61,149 bases of DNA, taken from Polyangia bacterium. GTDB lineage: Bacteria; Myxococcota_A; Polyangia; Fen-1088. The number at the start of each line of letters is the position of its first letter. The stretch's first letter is position 1. The translations under genes were made by a program, and so were the position numbers. The stretch covers positions 1 through 61,149 of the forward strand of contig JBBQJG010000001.1 in NCBI GenBank assembly GCA_038325725.1, given 5' to 3'. Shown piece by piece: positions 1 through 11,144 of the stretch. The notes beneath the pieces are model-generated. The model worked only from the letters and a program-made list of their open reading frames with translations. It had not been told where the DNA came from and ran no database searches.

Positions 1-3000
1 CTCGGCTACAGCAAGCTGAACGTCGACCGCTTCCCCAACGTCGACTTCCCGATCATCTCGATCATCACGGTGCTTCCGGGCGCCGCGCCGGAAGAGGTCG
101 AGTCGGAGCTGAGCGACAAGATCGAGGAGGCCATCAACACGCTGGGCGGCATCGAGGAGCTGCGCTCCGTCTCAACGGAGGGTGTCTCCCAGGTCTATGT
201 CACGTTCACCCTCGACAAGGATGTCAACATCGCCGCGCAGGACGTGCGCGATCACGTCAACCTCATCCTGCCCGAGCTGCCCGCCGGGACGAAGCCGCCT
301 GTGATCGGCAAGCTCGATCCCGACGCGGCGCCCGTCCTCTTCGTCGCCATGGAGTCGCAGCGGTCGGTGCGTGACCTCACCGAGCTGGCCGACCACGAGG
401 TGCGGCAGGCGCTCGAGAGCATCCAGGGCGTCGGCCAGGTCTCGATCATCGGCGGCCGCAAGCGCCAGGTCGAGGTGCTCGCCGATCCCGTGAAGATGCG
501 CGCCGCCGGCATCTCGGCGACCGAACTGCAGCGGGCCATCGTCTCGCAGAACGTCACCGTCCCAGGCGGCGCCATCGAGACGGGACCGCAGCGCCTGACC
601 TTCCGCGTGCGTGGCCGCATCCAGAGCGTCGACGGCGTGGGCGACGTCATCATCCGCAACGTCGACAACCACCCCATCCTCGAGCGCGACGTCGCCACCG
701 TCGTCGACGGCCAGGAGGAGGCCGAGACGGCCGCCCTCGTCAACGGCAAGCAGTCGATCGTCATGTCGATCCGCAAGCAGTCGGGCGAGAACAGCGTCGC
801 CGTCGTCGACGCCCTGCGCGAGCGCATGAAGGAGCTCGAGCCGACCCTGCCCTCAGGCACGAAGCTCAGCGTCATCCGCGACAACACGGAGAGCACGCGC
901 ACGAGCGTCCACGCCGTGAGCGAGCACCTCAAGCTCGGCGCGCTGCTGGCCTCGCTCGTCGTGCTGCTGTTCCTCGGCAACGTGCGCAGCACGATCATCG
1001 CGGCCCTCGCGATCCCGACCTCGATCGTCGGCACGTTCTTGGGCATGTGGATTATGGGCTTCACGCTCAACGTCATCACGCTGCTTGCCCTCGCGCTCGC
1101 GGTCGGCATCGTCATCGACGACGCCATCGTCGTGCTCGAGAACATCGTGCGCTACATCGAGGAGAAGAGGATCCGGCCCATGCCGGCTGCGATCTACGCC
1201 ACGAAGGAGATCGGCCTCGCCGTGCTCGCAACGACGATGTCGCTGCTCGCCGTCTTCCTGCCCGTCGGCTTCATGAACAGCATCCCGGGCCGCTTCCTGC
1301 GCAGCTTCGGCCTCACGATGGGCATCGCCATCGCGATCTCGCTGTTCGTGAGCTTCACGCTGACCCCCATGCTCGCCTCGCGCTGGCTACGGCTCGACAT
1401 CGGTCCCGACGGCGAGCGCCGCAAGAGCCGGCTCGAGAAGCTCGTCAATGTCTTCTACCGGCCCGTCGAGGGCACCTATATGCACATCCTCACGTTCTTG
1501 TTCAACGACCAGGGAGGCCTTCGCCTGCGCATCATGCGCAGCCCCAGGCGCCTCGTGCGGGCTCTGCGCTTCTTCGTCGATCGGCGCTGGATCGTCGGCC
1601 TCGCGGCGCTCGCGGCCCTCGTCTCGATCGGCCCCCTCATCAAGAAGGTGCCCAAGGGCTTCTTGCCCAAGAACGACGAGGCGCAGTTCGAGATCAACGT
1701 GCGCACGCCCGAGGGCACGAGCCTCGCGTCGACGCAGCTCATCGCCGAGCGCATCGCCCGCGAGGTCCGCGACTGGAAGGAGGTCACGACCACGAACGTC
1801 ACGATCGGCGACAACTCGACGAAGACGCCCAACCTCGCGTCCATCTTCGTGCGGCTCGTGCCGCCCGATCAGCGCAAGCTCACGCAGGACCAGCTCCAGG
1901 ACCGCGCGCGCAAGGAGATCGTCTCGAAGCTGCCCCAGACCTACCGAACGACGGTGCAGGTCGTCGCGGCCTTCGGCGGCGGCGCCTTCAGCACGGCCAC
2001 CGTGCAGTACACCCTCGCGGGCCCCGACCTCACGAAGCTCGGCGAGTACGCCGACGAGGCCGCGCGGCGGCTGAGAGAGGTCCCCGGCGCCGTCGACGTC
2101 GACACCTCGATGATCACTGGCAACCCCGAGATCGTCGCCGTCGTGAACCGCCGCAAGGCCGCCGACCTCGGCGTCAACGTCCTCGACGTGGCCGCGGCCG
2201 CGCAGATCCTCGTGGGGGGCCTCGACGTCTCGCGCTACGCCGAGAACGGCCGCGAGTACGACATCCGCGTGCGCGCCCTCGAGCAGTTCCGCTCGAGCCC
2301 CGAGGCGCTCGCGCTGCTCACGGTACCGTCGACGAAGCTCGGTGCCGTGCCGCTGCTCGACGTCGTCGACCTCAAGCGCGGCTCGAGCCCCTCGAAGATC
2401 GACCGCCTCGCGCGCCAGCGCCAGGTGACCTTCTTCGCCAACACGAAGCCCGGCGTCGGCTCGGCCGAGATCGGCACCGCGCTCGAGAAGATCATCGCCT
2501 CGATGAACCTGCCCTCCGATTACCACTTCGCGCCCTTTGGCCAGTCGAAGGAGATCAAGAAGACGGGCGCCGCCTTCCTCATGGCCTTCGGAATGTCGTT
2601 CATCTTCATGTACCTCATCCTCGCGGCTCAGTTCGAGTCGTGGCTGCACCCCATCACGATCTTGCTCGCGCTGCCGCTCACGGTGCCGTTCGCGCTCATC
2701 TCGCTGCTCGTGTTCGGGCAGTCGCTCGACATCTTCACGATGCTCGGCATCCTCGTGCTCTTCGGCGTCGTCAAGAAGAACTCCATCCTCCAGATCGATC
2801 ACATCAACCAGCTGAGACGTGAGGGGATGAACCGGAAAGACGCGATCCTCCAAGGCAACCGCGATCGTCTGCGGCCCATCTTGATGACGACGCTCGCCTT
2901 CGTGGCCGGCATGTTGCCGCTCGTGACGAGCAAGGGCATCGGCGCCGAGTTCAACCGCGCGACGGCCGGTCCCGTCGTCGGCGGCCAGATCCTGTCGCTT

Positions 3001-3219
3001 CTCCTGACGCTGCTCGCGACGCCCGTCGCGTACTCGCTGTTCGATGACCTGGCCGTCAAGGCGTCGGGCCTCGTTGCGCTCATCAAGGCCTCGCTCGGCT
3101 TCAAGGTGCAGACCGACGCCGAGACGGGCGCGAGCGAGGTCATGGGGCCGCCCGAAGTGGCGATCGGAAGCAATGGTCATGATGGACACGGCATTCGTAC
3201 TGCGGAGGTGATTTCTTGA
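1..3219 (+). CDS. RND (AcrB/HAE1-type) efflux transporter permease; 5' end lies outside the window
   Basis: Frame 1 is open from base 1 (LGYSKLNVDRFPNVDFPIISIITVLPGAAPEEVE...). Typical RND blocks are present: VVLLFLGNVRSTIIAALAIPTSIVGTF, AVGIVIDDAIVVLENI, FGVVKKNSILQIDH. GC3 is high in this frame. Stop TGA at 3217-3219. Confidence 0.9.
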   Translation, partial: LGYSKLNVDRFPNVDFPIISIITVLPGAAPEEVESELSDKIEEAINTLGGIEELRSVSTEGVSQVYVTFTLDKDVNIAAQDVRDHVNLILPELPAGTKPPVIGKLDPDAAPVLFVAMESQRSVRDLTELADHEVRQALESIQGVGQVSIIGGRKRQVEVLADPVKMRAAGISATELQRAIVSQNVTVPGGAIETGPQRLTFRVRGRIQSVDGVGDVIIRNVDNHPILERDVATVVDGQEEAETAALVNGKQSIVMSIRKQSGENSVAVVDALRERMKELEPTLPSGTKLSVIRDNTESTRTSVHAVSEHLKLGALLASLVVLLFLGNVRSTIIAALAIPTSIVGTFLGMWIMGFTLNVITLLALALAVGIVIDDAIVVLENIVRYIEEKRIRPMPAAIYATKEIGLAVLATTMSLLAVFLPVGFMNSIPGRFLRSFGLTMGIAIAISLFVSFTLTPMLASRWLRLDIGPDGERRKSRLEKLVNVFYRPVEGTYMHILTFLFNDQGGLRLRIMRSPRRLVRALRFFVDRRWIVGLAALAALVSIGPLIKKVPKGFLPKNDEAQFEINVRTPEGTSLASTQLIAERIAREVRDWKEVTTTNVTIGDNSTKTPNLASIFVRLVPPDQRKLTQDQLQDRARKEIVSKLPQTYRTTVQVVAAFGGGAFSTATVQYTLAGPDLTKLGEYADEAARRLREVPGAVDVDTSMITGNPEIVAVVNRRKAADLGVNVLDVAAAAQILVGGLDVSRYAENGREYDIRVRALEQFRSSPEALALLTVPSTKLGAVPLLDVVDLKRGSSPSKIDRLARQRQVTFFANTKPGVGSAEIGTALEKIIASMNLPSDYHFAPFGQSKEIKKTGAAFLMAFGMSFIFMYLILAAQFESWLHPITILLALPLTVPFALISLLVFGQSLDIFTMLGILVLFGVVKKNSILQIDHINQLRREGMNRKDAILQGNRDRLRPILMTTLAFVAGMLPLVTSKGIGAEFNRATAGPVVGGQILSLLLTLLATPVAYSLFDDLAVKASGLVALIKASLGFKVQTDAETGASEVMGPPEVAIGSNGHDGHGIRTAEVIS

Positions 3220-4529
3220 AGCGCGTATCTTGGTCTTCTGTTTCGTCCTCGGTCGCCCTCGCGACCCTCATCGCCGGAGCGAGCGTGCCGGCCTCAGCCC
3301 AGGAAGAGGCCAACGCTCCCGACCTGACCTTCGAGCAGGCCATCTCGATGGCTCGCAAGAACAACGTCAGCTTGAGGGTCGATCGCGCCAAGCTGTCCCA
3401 AGCGCAGGCCAACGTCGACCAGGCGTGGTCCGCGCTCTTCCCGACCGTCGCGGGCCAGGCCAAGTACACGCACAACTACAAAGAGGTCGCGCTCAACTTC
3501 GGAGGCTCGCCCCTGCTGCTGCAGCCGAGCGAGCAGTTCGACTTCGCGATCTCGGCGACGGCGCCGATCATCGCACCGGCGGCCTATTCGGCCCTCGAGG
3601 CGGTCAAGGCGAGCGTCAAGGCGGCTGAGGCGACGTTCGAGGGACAAGAGGCCAGCGTGCTCGTGAGTGCCGCGCGTGCCTTCTTGGTCGCCGCGGGCGA
3701 CGACGAGCTCGTGACGACACGCCGCTCGAGCCTCGAGGTGGCGAGGGCGACCCGTCGCGACGCGCAGGTGCGACTCGACGCCGGCTCGGTGACCAAGGTC
3801 GACGTCGATCGCGCCGAGCTAGCCGTCGTGCGCGCCGAGCAGCTCGATCGCGAGACTGTGAACTCGCGCGAGTCCGCCTACCGAACGCTCTCGACGCTCA
3901 TCGGCGCCGAGCACCCGTTCAAGGTCAACGCGAACTTTCCCTCGGCGCCCATGCCCGATCCGCGAGACCTCGATCTGGCCCTGCGCCTGCGGCCGGAGTT
4001 CCAGGCGCTCCAGAGCCTCGTCAAAGCGGCGGACGCCGAGACGCGCGCGCACGCCTGGCGCTGGGCGCCCTCGATCTCGGCCTTCGGCAACGCCCGCAAG
4101 TTCAACTACGACAACTTCGCGCGCGACCGTCACGCGTGGGCCGTCGGTGGTCAGCTCGACTGGCTCCTGTTCGATGGCGGTACGCGCGACGCCGACCGTC
4201 ATCGCGCGGCCGCGCGCGGCGAGGAGGCGCTCGCGCAGGCCGAGGTCCTGCGGTTGCGCATCCGCGACGACCTCGCCAACGAGTCGTCGTTCCTCGACAC
4301 GAAGCGAAAGGGCGTCGAGTCGGCCGAGCGCTCGGTGACGCTCGCCCACGAATCCCTCGACCTCATCCGCACGCAATACGAGGCTGGAACGGGCACGCAG
4401 CTCGACCTCCTGACGGCTCAAGACGCCGTCGTCGTCGCGCATCTGCAGCTCGTGCAGGCGCACTTCGACGTCGCGGCGGCCGATCTCGCCCTGCGCTATT
4501 CGGCGGGCACCTTCCCACCGAAGAAGTAG
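3216..4529 (+). CDS. TolC-family outer membrane efflux protein (OMF)
   Basis: The TTG start overlaps the RND stop (TTGA). Signal peptide MKRVSWSSVSSSVALATLIAGASVPASA/QE. Two-repeat coiled OMF pattern (LSQAQANVDQAW..., TQLDLLTAQDAVV...). Position directly after an RND permease fits. Confidence 0.85.
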   Translation: MKRVSWSSVSSSVALATLIAGASVPASAQEEANAPDLTFEQAISMARKNNVSLRVDRAKLSQAQANVDQAWSALFPTVAGQAKYTHNYKEVALNFGGSPLLLQPSEQFDFAISATAPIIAPAAYSALEAVKASVKAAEATFEGQEASVLVSAARAFLVAAGDDELVTTRRSSLEVARATRRDAQVRLDAGSVTKVDVDRAELAVVRAEQLDRETVNSRESAYRTLSTLIGAEHPFKVNANFPSAPMPDPRDLDLALRLRPEFQALQSLVKAADAETRAHAWRWAPSISAFGNARKFNYDNFARDRHAWAVGGQLDWLLFDGGTRDADRHRAAARGEEALAQAEVLRLRIRDDLANESSFLDTKRKGVESAERSVTLAHESLDLIRTQYEAGTGTQLDLLTAQDAVVVAHLQLVQAHFDVAAADLALRYSAGTFPPKK

Positions 4530-4566
4530 CGCCCCTCGCGACGCGAAAGGAAGGCCTCCAAGGCTC

Positions 4567-5397
4567 GTGCTCCCCCCGCCGCTTCCAACAGACCTCGCGC
4601 GCGAGATCTCCGCGAGCCGAGGGCCGATTGTTTTCCTCACGGGCGCCGGGATCTCCGCCGAGAGCGGGATCCCGACGTTCCGTGGGCCCGAGGGGTACTG
4701 GCGCGTCGGCTCGCGCAACTACCAACCGACGGAGCTCGCGACGGCCGAGGCGTTCGCGCGCATGCCCGAGGAGATCTGGCAGTGGTACCTCTATCGGCGC
4801 GGCGTGTGCCACGCCGCCGAGCCGAACGAAGCGCACCTGGCGCTCGCCGAGGCCGAGCGGCGCCTGGGAGACCGCTTCCTGCTCGTCACGCAGAACGTCG
4901 ACGGGCTGCACACGCGCGCCGGGAGCTCGTCGGCGCGCACGTATCAGATTCACGGCAACATCGACTTTTGCCGCTGCAGCGTCGGCTGCGCGCCCACCTT
5001 GCGCCCGTTGCCGGCCGCGCTCCCCGTCGCCTGGGCGCGCGAACGCACGCTCGTGGATGCCGAGCGGGCGGCCCTGCACTGCTCGTGCGGCGCCTGGCTG
5101 CGGCCCCACGTCCTGTGGTTCGACGAATCGTATGACGAGCCGCTGTTCCGTTACGTGAGCGCCCGCCAAGCCGCCGAGACGGCCGCCGTGCTGATCGTCG
5201 TCGGCACGAGCGGCGCGACGACCCTGCCCGCGCAGATGTGCGCGATCGTCGTCGCGCGCGGCGCGCCGCTCGTCGTCGTCGATCCGGAGCCCGGCGCCTA
5301 CACGACCCTCGCGGGCCGCGGCGCGCGCGGCGTCCAGATCGTGGGCACCGCGTGCGCGAACGTGCCGCTGCTCGTCGACGCGCTCGTCGCTACCTGA
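4567..5397 (+). CDS. cobB: Sir2-family NAD-dependent protein deacylase
   Basis: Motifs GAGISAESGIPTFRGPEGYW, QNVDGLH and VVGTSG. Zn-ribbon cysteines at FCRCSVGC ... HCSCG. Confidence 0.85.
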   Translation: MLPPPLPTDLAREISASRGPIVFLTGAGISAESGIPTFRGPEGYWRVGSRNYQPTELATAEAFARMPEEIWQWYLYRRGVCHAAEPNEAHLALAEAERRLGDRFLLVTQNVDGLHTRAGSSSARTYQIHGNIDFCRCSVGCAPTLRPLPAALPVAWARERTLVDAERAALHCSCGAWLRPHVLWFDESYDEPLFRYVSARQAAETAAVLIVVGTSGATTLPAQMCAIVVARGAPLVVVDPEPGAYTTLAGRGARGVQIVGTACANVPLLVDALVAT

Positions 5398-6037
5398 CGA
5401 CGTGCACGTTGAACGTCGGCGACTGGAAGGCGCCGTACAGGCGCACCCAGAGGATCACGAACATCTCTTGCCCGCGCGCGGCCGTGAGATCGCCGAGGTC
5501 GAGGACGTGCTTCCAACCGAACCAGCCCTTGAGGATCTCGGTGACCTGGCCCTTGGCGCCCGCGTCGTTGCCGCTCACGAACATGTCGTGATCGCCGGCG
5601 AGCAGCGCCGGGTTCACCATGAGGTTCGCGTTCGTCGTGTTGAGCGCCTTGACGATCTTCGTCTCGGGGAAGGCGCGCTGGAGCTGCTCGGCGAGCGAGT
5701 CTGTGTTGGCGACGGTGAGCGTCGGCGGCATGCCCTTCGAGAAGTCGAGTGGGTTCGACACGTCGACGAGAACCTTGCCCGCGAGGTTCTTGGCGCCGGC
5801 CGCCTCGAGCGCCGCGAGCGAGCCCGCGCCCAGCGTGCAGTTGAAGACGAGCTCGGCGAACGCCGCGGCGTCGGCGTAGGTGCCCTGCGAGGCCTTCGCG
5901 CCGTTCGCCTTGACCCACTCGGCGGCCTTCGCGTTGTCGGCCGTGCGTGAGCCCATCTTCACGTCGTGTCCCAGCTGCACGAGCTTCGTCGCGATCGCGT
6001 TGCCAACCATGCCCGTTCCGAAAATTGCGGTTTTCAT
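5390..6037 (-). CDS. NAD(P)-binding oxidoreductase, NADPH-dependent F420 reductase-like family
   Basis: Rossmann N-terminus MKTAIFGTGMVGNAIATKLVQLGHDVKMGSR. GGAGG lies 6 nt upstream of the ATG at 6037 (the track start at 6070 is an upstream TTG). The 3' end overlaps the convergent cobB end by 8 nt. Confidence 0.7.
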   Translation of the reverse strand: MKTAIFGTGMVGNAIATKLVQLGHDVKMGSRTADNAKAAEWVKANGAKASQGTYADAAAFAELVFNCTLGAGSLAALEAAGAKNLAGKVLVDVSNPLDFSKGMPPTLTVANTDSLAEQLQRAFPETKIVKALNTTNANLMVNPALLAGDHDMFVSGNDAGAKGQVTEILKGWFGWKHVLDLGDLTAARGQEMFVILWVRLYGAFQSPTFNVHVVR

Positions 6038-6107
6038 GTGACGCCTCCGGGCGGCGACTTTAGCAAGCAATTGGGCGCGCGATGGCGGCGGGCGTTAAGA
6101 TGTTTCC

Positions 6108-6698
6108 ATGACTGGGCTCGCGGCGGTGGGACTGTGGTTGGCGCTCGCTGGGGACGCCGCGCCGACGGCGCCACCCGCCTCGTCGCCGCCCGCGGCGCCC
6201 GCACCAACGGTCGCGGCGAAGGTCGCACCCGGCAAGCTCGCGCCCGCAAAGCTCTCAACGACGACGGCGAAGGAGATGGCGGACGCGATCATCGCCGTCA
6301 ACAAGGCGCTCGGGCTCGAGAGCTGGCCTCAACACGGCGTCAAGCCGTGCGTCGATCGTGGGGGGCAAGGCATCCTCGCGAAGGACATCACGCCGGCGGA
6401 CGCCCAAAAGTGCGCGCTCGCCGCCGTCGAGAAGGGGTTCCCCGAGCTCGGCAAGACCTACGCGCTCGCGATCCTCTTTGGCAGCATCGGCCCCGTCACC
6501 GTGATCGCGCTCGGCGCGGGCGACGCGGCGGGCTGGGGCGCGTACTCGTGCGACCCGACGCGCGCGTGCAAACCGATGAAGATCAACCCCGGCAACAAGT
6601 GGGGCAAGCGCCTCGACGAACGCCGCGCCAAGGCGTGCGACGAAGCAGCGACGCTCTGGCTACCGACGCGCACATGCCCGTCGTCCGCCGCGAAGTAA
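6108..6698 (+). CDS. hypothetical secreted protein (Pro/Ala-rich N-terminal region, 6 Cys)
   Basis: Signal-like N-terminus MTGLAAVGLWLALAG. Strong GC3 bias through the whole frame. No family recognised. Confidence 0.55.
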   Translation: MTGLAAVGLWLALAGDAAPTAPPASSPPAAPAPTVAAKVAPGKLAPAKLSTTTAKEMADAIIAVNKALGLESWPQHGVKPCVDRGGQGILAKDITPADAQKCALAAVEKGFPELGKTYALAILFGSIGPVTVIALGAGDAAGWGAYSCDPTRACKPMKINPGNKWGKRLDERRAKACDEAATLWLPTRTCPSSAAK

Positions 6699-6702
6699 GT
6701 CA

Positions 6703-7194
6703 CTACGACGGACGGGGGGCGGCGTCGAGCGCGGCGACGAGCTTCTGCGGCGCGATCGCGCGATAGCTCTCCTCGATCCACGCCTCGAGCAGATCGAGCG
6801 GCGGCTTGTCCCCAACGGCGAACTGCGCCGTGACCCAGCCGGACTTGCCGAGGCCGTAGCGCGTCGGCGACGCGAAGGGCAGCGTGAGCGCGATGGCGGC
6901 CGAGCGCGGCAGCTTCGTCGACAAACCGAAACCGCCGTCGTTGGTGCCCATGAAGACGAAGACCTTCTTGTTCACCTTCATTACGCGATCGCCCCACGGG
7001 AACTCTTCGACGGCGCCGGGCAGCGACAGCGCGTAGACGCGCAGCTTCGACTCGGTCGCACGGCCCGAAGCGACGGTCTTGCCTCGCGGCTTCGCGGTTT
7101 TCGGCTTCGCGGTTTTCGGCTTCGCGGTTTTCGGCTTGGCCGCCTTCGGCTTCGCGGTTTGCGGCTTGGCCGCCTTCGGCTTCGCGGCTTTCAC
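6703..7194 (-). CDS. MmcQ/YjbR-family putative DNA-binding protein with a Lys-rich (K-x-A-K-P)n N-terminal tail
   Basis: C-terminal 120 aa: [33 protein letters not shown]...[25 protein letters not shown]. This matches my recollection of the YjbR/MmcQ fold family. The first in-frame start not buried in purL is GTG at 7194, which overlaps the purL stop (GTGA). Confidence 0.65.
   Translation of the reverse strand: MKAAKPKAAKPQTAKPKAAKPKTAKPKTAKPKTAKPRGKTVASGRATESKLRVYALSLPGAVEEFPWGDRVMKVNKKVFVFMGTNDGGFGLSTKLPRSAAIALTLPFASPTRYGLGKSGWVTAQFAVGDKPPLDLLEAWIEESYRAIAPQKLVAALDAAPRPS
7087..7191. repeat. 15-bp tandem repeat, about 7 units (cggcttcgcggtttt and variants), coding (K-[PTA]-A-K-P)n on the minus strand
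   Basis: Read directly: cggcttcgcggtttt x3, then cggcttggccgcctt / cggcttcgcggtttg / cggcttggccgcctt / cggcttcgcggcttt. Confidence 0.85.
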
Positions 7195-10100
7195 TTCACC
7201 CAGGCGCGCGCGTTGCGGAAGAGGCGCATCCAGGGGCTGTCTTCGCCCCATTGGCGCGGGCGCCACGACAGCTGCACGCTGCGGAAGACGCGCTCGGGGT
7301 GCGGCATGACGATCATGACGCGGCCCTCGGCGGCCGTGAGCGCCGTGATGCCGCCGGGCGAGCCGTTGGGATTTTCCGGGTAGCGCTCGGTGACGCGTCC
7401 GTGGTGGTCGACGAAGCGCGCCGCGATCGCGCCCGCCCGCTCGAGCGCGGCGCGATCGTCTTCGGACGCGAACTCGGCGCGGCCCTCGCCGTGCGCCGTC
7501 GCGACCGGGAGGCGCGAGCCGGCCATGCCCGCGAAGAAGATCGAAGGGCTCTCTTCGATCGCGACGAGCGAAAGGCGCGCCTCGAATTGCTCGCTGCGGT
7601 TGCGCACGAAGCGCGGCCAGCGCGCGGCGCCCGGGATCAGCTCCTTGAGGTTCGACACCATCTGGCAACCGTTGCAGACGCCGAGCGTGAACGAATCCGT
7701 GCGCGCGAAGAACTTCGAGAAGGCGTCGCGCGCGCGCGCGTTGAACAGGATCGACTTCGCCCAGCCCTCGCCCGCGCCGAGCACGTCGCCGTACGAGAAA
7801 CCACCGCACGCGGCGAGCCCGCGAAAGGTCGCCAGATCGGCGGCGCCCGAGAGCACGTCGGTCATGTGCACGTCGACGGCCTCGAAGCCGGCGCGATCGA
7901 AGGCCGCGGCCATCTCGACCTGACCGTTGACGCCTTGCTCGCGCAGGATCGCGACGCGCGGACGCGACGTGACGCTGAAACGCCCGGGCGCCTCGTCGAG
8001 CGCGAACGTCAGGTGGGCCGAGCGGCCCGGATCGTTGGCGTCGTGACGGCTCGCGTGCTCTTCGTCTGCGGACGTCTGATCGTCGCGCAGGCGCTGCATC
8101 GCGTGCGTCGTCTCCGACCAGACGGCGCGCAAGAACGTCCGCTCCTCGTCGAGGAGGACGCGTTGCCCGGCGCGCACCTGGATGCGGCCGCCCGACACGG
8201 GACGACCCACGCGCGAGACGAGGTCGCCCAGGCCGTGGCGCGCGAACGTCGCCGTAACGCGCGCGACGTCGTCCTGCCGCACCTGGACGACGGCGCCGAG
8301 CTCCTCGGAGAACAGCGCGGCCGTGGTGTTGCCGTCATCGGGGAGCTCGATCTCGAGACCCGTGCCGCCCGCAAAGGCCATCTCGACGAGCGTCACGAAC
8401 AGCCCACCGTCGCTGCGATCGTGATAGGCGAGCAGCGCGCCCGCGACGTTGAGCTCCTGCACGGCCGCGAAGAAGCTCGCGAGGCGCGCCGGATCGTCGA
8501 CGTCGGGCGGGACGTCGCCGAGCTGTTCGTACACCTGCGCGAGGCACGAGCCGCCGAGGCGGTTCTTCCCCGCGCCGAGATCAATCAGCAGGAGCTCCGT
8601 GTCGGTGACGTCGACGTCGCCGTCGGCGCGCAGCTCGGGCGTGAGCGCGCGCCGCACGTCGGTCACGGGCGCGAAGGCGCTCACGATGAGCGACAGCGGC
8701 GCCGTCACGCTGCGCTTCTCGCCGCGCTCTTCCCACACGGTGCGCATCGACATCGAGTCCTTGCCGACGGGGATCGCGATGCCCAGAGCGGGACACAGCT
8801 CGACGCCGACGGCGCGGACGGCGTCGTACAGGCGCGCGTCTTCGCCCGGGTGGCCCGCGGGCGCCATCCAGTTCGCCGAGAGCTTGACGTCGGAGAGCTT
8901 CGCGATGGGCGCCGACGCGAGGTTCGTGAGCGCCTCGGCGACGGCGAGGCGCGCCGAGGCCGTCGCGTCGAGTAGCGCGACGGGCGTGCGCTCGTTCATG
9001 GCCATCGCCTCGCCCACGTAGACGTCGAAGGCGGTCGTCGTGAGCGCGGCGTCGGCGACCGGCACCTGCCACGGCCCGACCATCTGGTCGCGCGCGATGA
9101 GCCCGCCGACGGTGCGATCGCCGATCGTGATGAGGAACGTCTTGTCGGCGATCGTCGGCAGCCGCAACAGCCGCAGCGCCGCTTCGCGGATGTCGATAGA
9201 AAGCACGTCGAACGGCGTCGCCGGCGCGCGGCCGTGCTCCGCCTTGCGGGTCATCTTGGGCGGCTTGCCCAGCAGCACGCCGAGCGGCATGTCGATCGGG
9301 CGCCGCTTCAGCAGGTCGTCGTCGACGCGCAGCTGGCCATCGTCCGTCGCGTGGCCCACGACCGCGTGCGGGCAGCGCTCGCGCGCGCACAGCGCCTGGA
9401 ACTCCGCGAGGCGCTCGGGCGCGAGCGCGACCACGTAGCGCTCCTGCGCCTCGTTGCACCACAGCTCGAGCGGCGACAGCCCCGGCTCGTCGCTGGGCAC
9501 GGCGCGCAGCGCGAACACGGCGCCGCGGTTGCTGTCGTTGACGAGCTCGGGCAGCGCGTTCGACAGGCCGCCCGCGCCCACGTCGTGGATGGAGACGATC
9601 GGGTTCGCGTCGCCCAGCGCCCAGCAGCGATCGATGACCTCCTGACAGCGCCGCTCCATCTCGGCGTTGTCGCGCTGCACGGACGCGAAATCGAGATCCT
9701 CCTCGGACGCGCCCGACGCGACCGACGACGCCGCGCCGCCGCCCAGGCCGATGAGCATCGCCGGTCCGCCCAGAACGATGATGGGCGCGCCGGCCGGGAT
9801 CTCGTTTTTTTGGACGTGGCCGGGCCGCACGTTGCCGAGACCGCCGGCGAGCATGATGGGCTTGTGGTAACCGCGCACCTCGCGGCCCGCGGGGCCGTCG
9901 GTGAGCAATTCGAACGTCCGGAAGTAGCCGGCGATGTTCGGACGCCCGAACTCGTTGTTGAACGCCGCACCGCCGAGCGGCCCCTCGAGCATGATGTCGA
10001 GCGCGCTCGCGATGCGAGCGGGCTTGCCGTGCTCGCGCTCCCATTCGCGCACGGCGCCCGGCAGCTTCAGGTTCGAGACCGAAAAGCCGGTGAGCCCCGC

Positions 10101-11084
10101 CTTTGGTTTGCCGCCGCGGCCCGTCGCGCCCTCGTCGCGGATCTCGCCGCCCGAGCCCGTCGCCGCGCCGGGGAACGGCGAGATCGCCGTCGGGTGGTTG
10201 TGCGTCTCGACCTTCATCAAGATGTCGACGCGCTCGCTGTGCGCCCCGTAGACGCGCGTCGTCGGATCCGGAAAGAAGCGCCCACCGACGGAGCCGGCGA
10301 TAACGGCCGCGTTGTCCTTGTACGCGGACAGCACGCCGCCCGGGCTCGCCTCGGTGCTGCGGCGGATCATTTTGAACAGCGACTGCGTCTGCGGCACGCC
10401 GTCGACGACGAAGTCGGCGTTGAAGATCTTGTGGCGGCAGTGCTCGCTGTTCGCCTGCGCGAACATCATGAGCTCGACGTCCGTCGGGTCGCGCCCCATC
10501 TTGCCGTAGGCCTCGACGAGGTAATCGATCTCGTCGGGCGCGAGCGCGAGGCCGAGCGCCGCGTTGGCGCGCGCGAGCGCGGCGTGCCCGTCGGCGCCGA
10601 GCGCGACGGTCGCGAGGGGCCGCGGCTCGGCTTTTCCGAAGAGGCCCACCGCCTCGGCCGACGTCGCGAGCACCGATTCGGTCATGCGATCGTGCAGCGC
10701 GCGCCGCAGGGCCGCCTCGTCGGCGACGACGCCCGCAACGGTGTACCAAATGCCGCGCTCGATGCGCCGCACCTTCGCCAGGCCGCAGCCCCGCGCGATG
10801 TCCGTCGCCTTCGACGACCACGGCGAGATCGTGCCGAGGCGCGGCACGACGAGCAGCTGACGCGCGCCGCCCTCTGCCTTCCGCGCCTCGAGCCGGGGCC
10901 CGTAGGTCAGCAGGCGCTCGAGCACGCCGCGGGCGTCGTCGGCGAGCCCGTCATCTCCAACGTCGACGAAGTGCGCGAAGTGGGCGGCGAGGCCCGTGAC
11001 ACCCGGGTTGTGCGCGCGCACCCCCGCGAGCCGTTTTTCCAAGCGAGCCGGCGTGAAAGCAGCGGCGCCAGCGATTTCCAACAT
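7191..11084 (-). CDS. purL: phosphoribosylformylglycinamidine synthase, single-chain large form
   Basis: About 1300 aa with FGAM synthase blocks ([35 protein letters not shown]-terminal glutaminase GVCNGCQM ... PHPER). I prefer the start at [19 protein letters not shown] (11084), which parallels the enterobacterial PurL N-terminus. The track start at 11123 is an alternative. Confidence 0.95.
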   Translation of the reverse strand: MLEIAGAAAFTPARLEKRLAGVRAHNPGVTGLAAHFAHFVDVGDDGLADDARGVLERLLTYGPRLEARKAEGGARQLLVVPRLGTISPWSSKATDIARGCGLAKVRRIERGIWYTVAGVVADEAALRRALHDRMTESVLATSAEAVGLFGKAEPRPLATVALGADGHAALARANAALGLALAPDEIDYLVEAYGKMGRDPTDVELMMFAQANSEHCRHKIFNADFVVDGVPQTQSLFKMIRRSTEASPGGVLSAYKDNAAVIAGSVGGRFFPDPTTRVYGAHSERVDILMKVETHNHPTAISPFPGAATGSGGEIRDEGATGRGGKPKAGLTGFSVSNLKLPGAVREWEREHGKPARIASALDIMLEGPLGGAAFNNEFGRPNIAGYFRTFELLTDGPAGREVRGYHKPIMLAGGLGNVRPGHVQKNEIPAGAPIIVLGGPAMLIGLGGGAASSVASGASEEDLDFASVQRDNAEMERRCQEVIDRCWALGDANPIVSIHDVGAGGLSNALPELVNDSNRGAVFALRAVPSDEPGLSPLELWCNEAQERYVVALAPERLAEFQALCARERCPHAVVGHATDDGQLRVDDDLLKRRPIDMPLGVLLGKPPKMTRKAEHGRAPATPFDVLSIDIREAALRLLRLPTIADKTFLITIGDRTVGGLIARDQMVGPWQVPVADAALTTTAFDVYVGEAMAMNERTPVALLDATASARLAVAEALTNLASAPIAKLSDVKLSANWMAPAGHPGEDARLYDAVRAVGVELCPALGIAIPVGKDSMSMRTVWEERGEKRSVTAPLSLIVSAFAPVTDVRRALTPELRADGDVDVTDTELLLIDLGAGKNRLGGSCLAQVYEQLGDVPPDVDDPARLASFFAAVQELNVAGALLAYHDRSDGGLFVTLVEMAFAGGTGLEIELPDDGNTTAALFSEELGAVVQVRQDDVARVTATFARHGLGDLVSRVGRPVSGGRIQVRAGQRVLLDEERTFLRAVWSETTHAMQRLRDDQTSADEEHASRHDANDPGRSAHLTFALDEAPGRFSVTSRPRVAILREQGVNGQVEMAAAFDRAGFEAVDVHMTDVLSGAADLATFRGLAACGGFSYGDVLGAGEGWAKSILFNARARDAFSKFFARTDSFTLGVCNGCQMVSNLKELIPGAARWPRFVRNRSEQFEARLSLVAIEESPSIFFAGMAGSRLPVATAHGEGRAEFASEDDRAALERAGAIAARFVDHHGRVTERYPENPNGSPGGITALTAAEGRVMIVMPHPERVFRSVQLSWRPRQWGEDSPWMRLFRNARAWVK

Positions 11085-11144
11085 GCGTCGGGCCAGCCTG
11101 CCAAAGCGGGCCGCCCGATGCAACGACGATGCAACGGCTGCCTT

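Noticed and set aside
4567-5397. Sir2 protein as part of an anti-phage defence system (Thoeris, DSR or SIR2-HerA like)
   Set aside because: It is a short stand-alone sirtuin with an intact Zn ribbon, typical of CobB. It has no fused effector or sensor domain and no HerA/TIR/pAgo-like neighbour. Its flanks are an efflux pump and an oxidoreductase.
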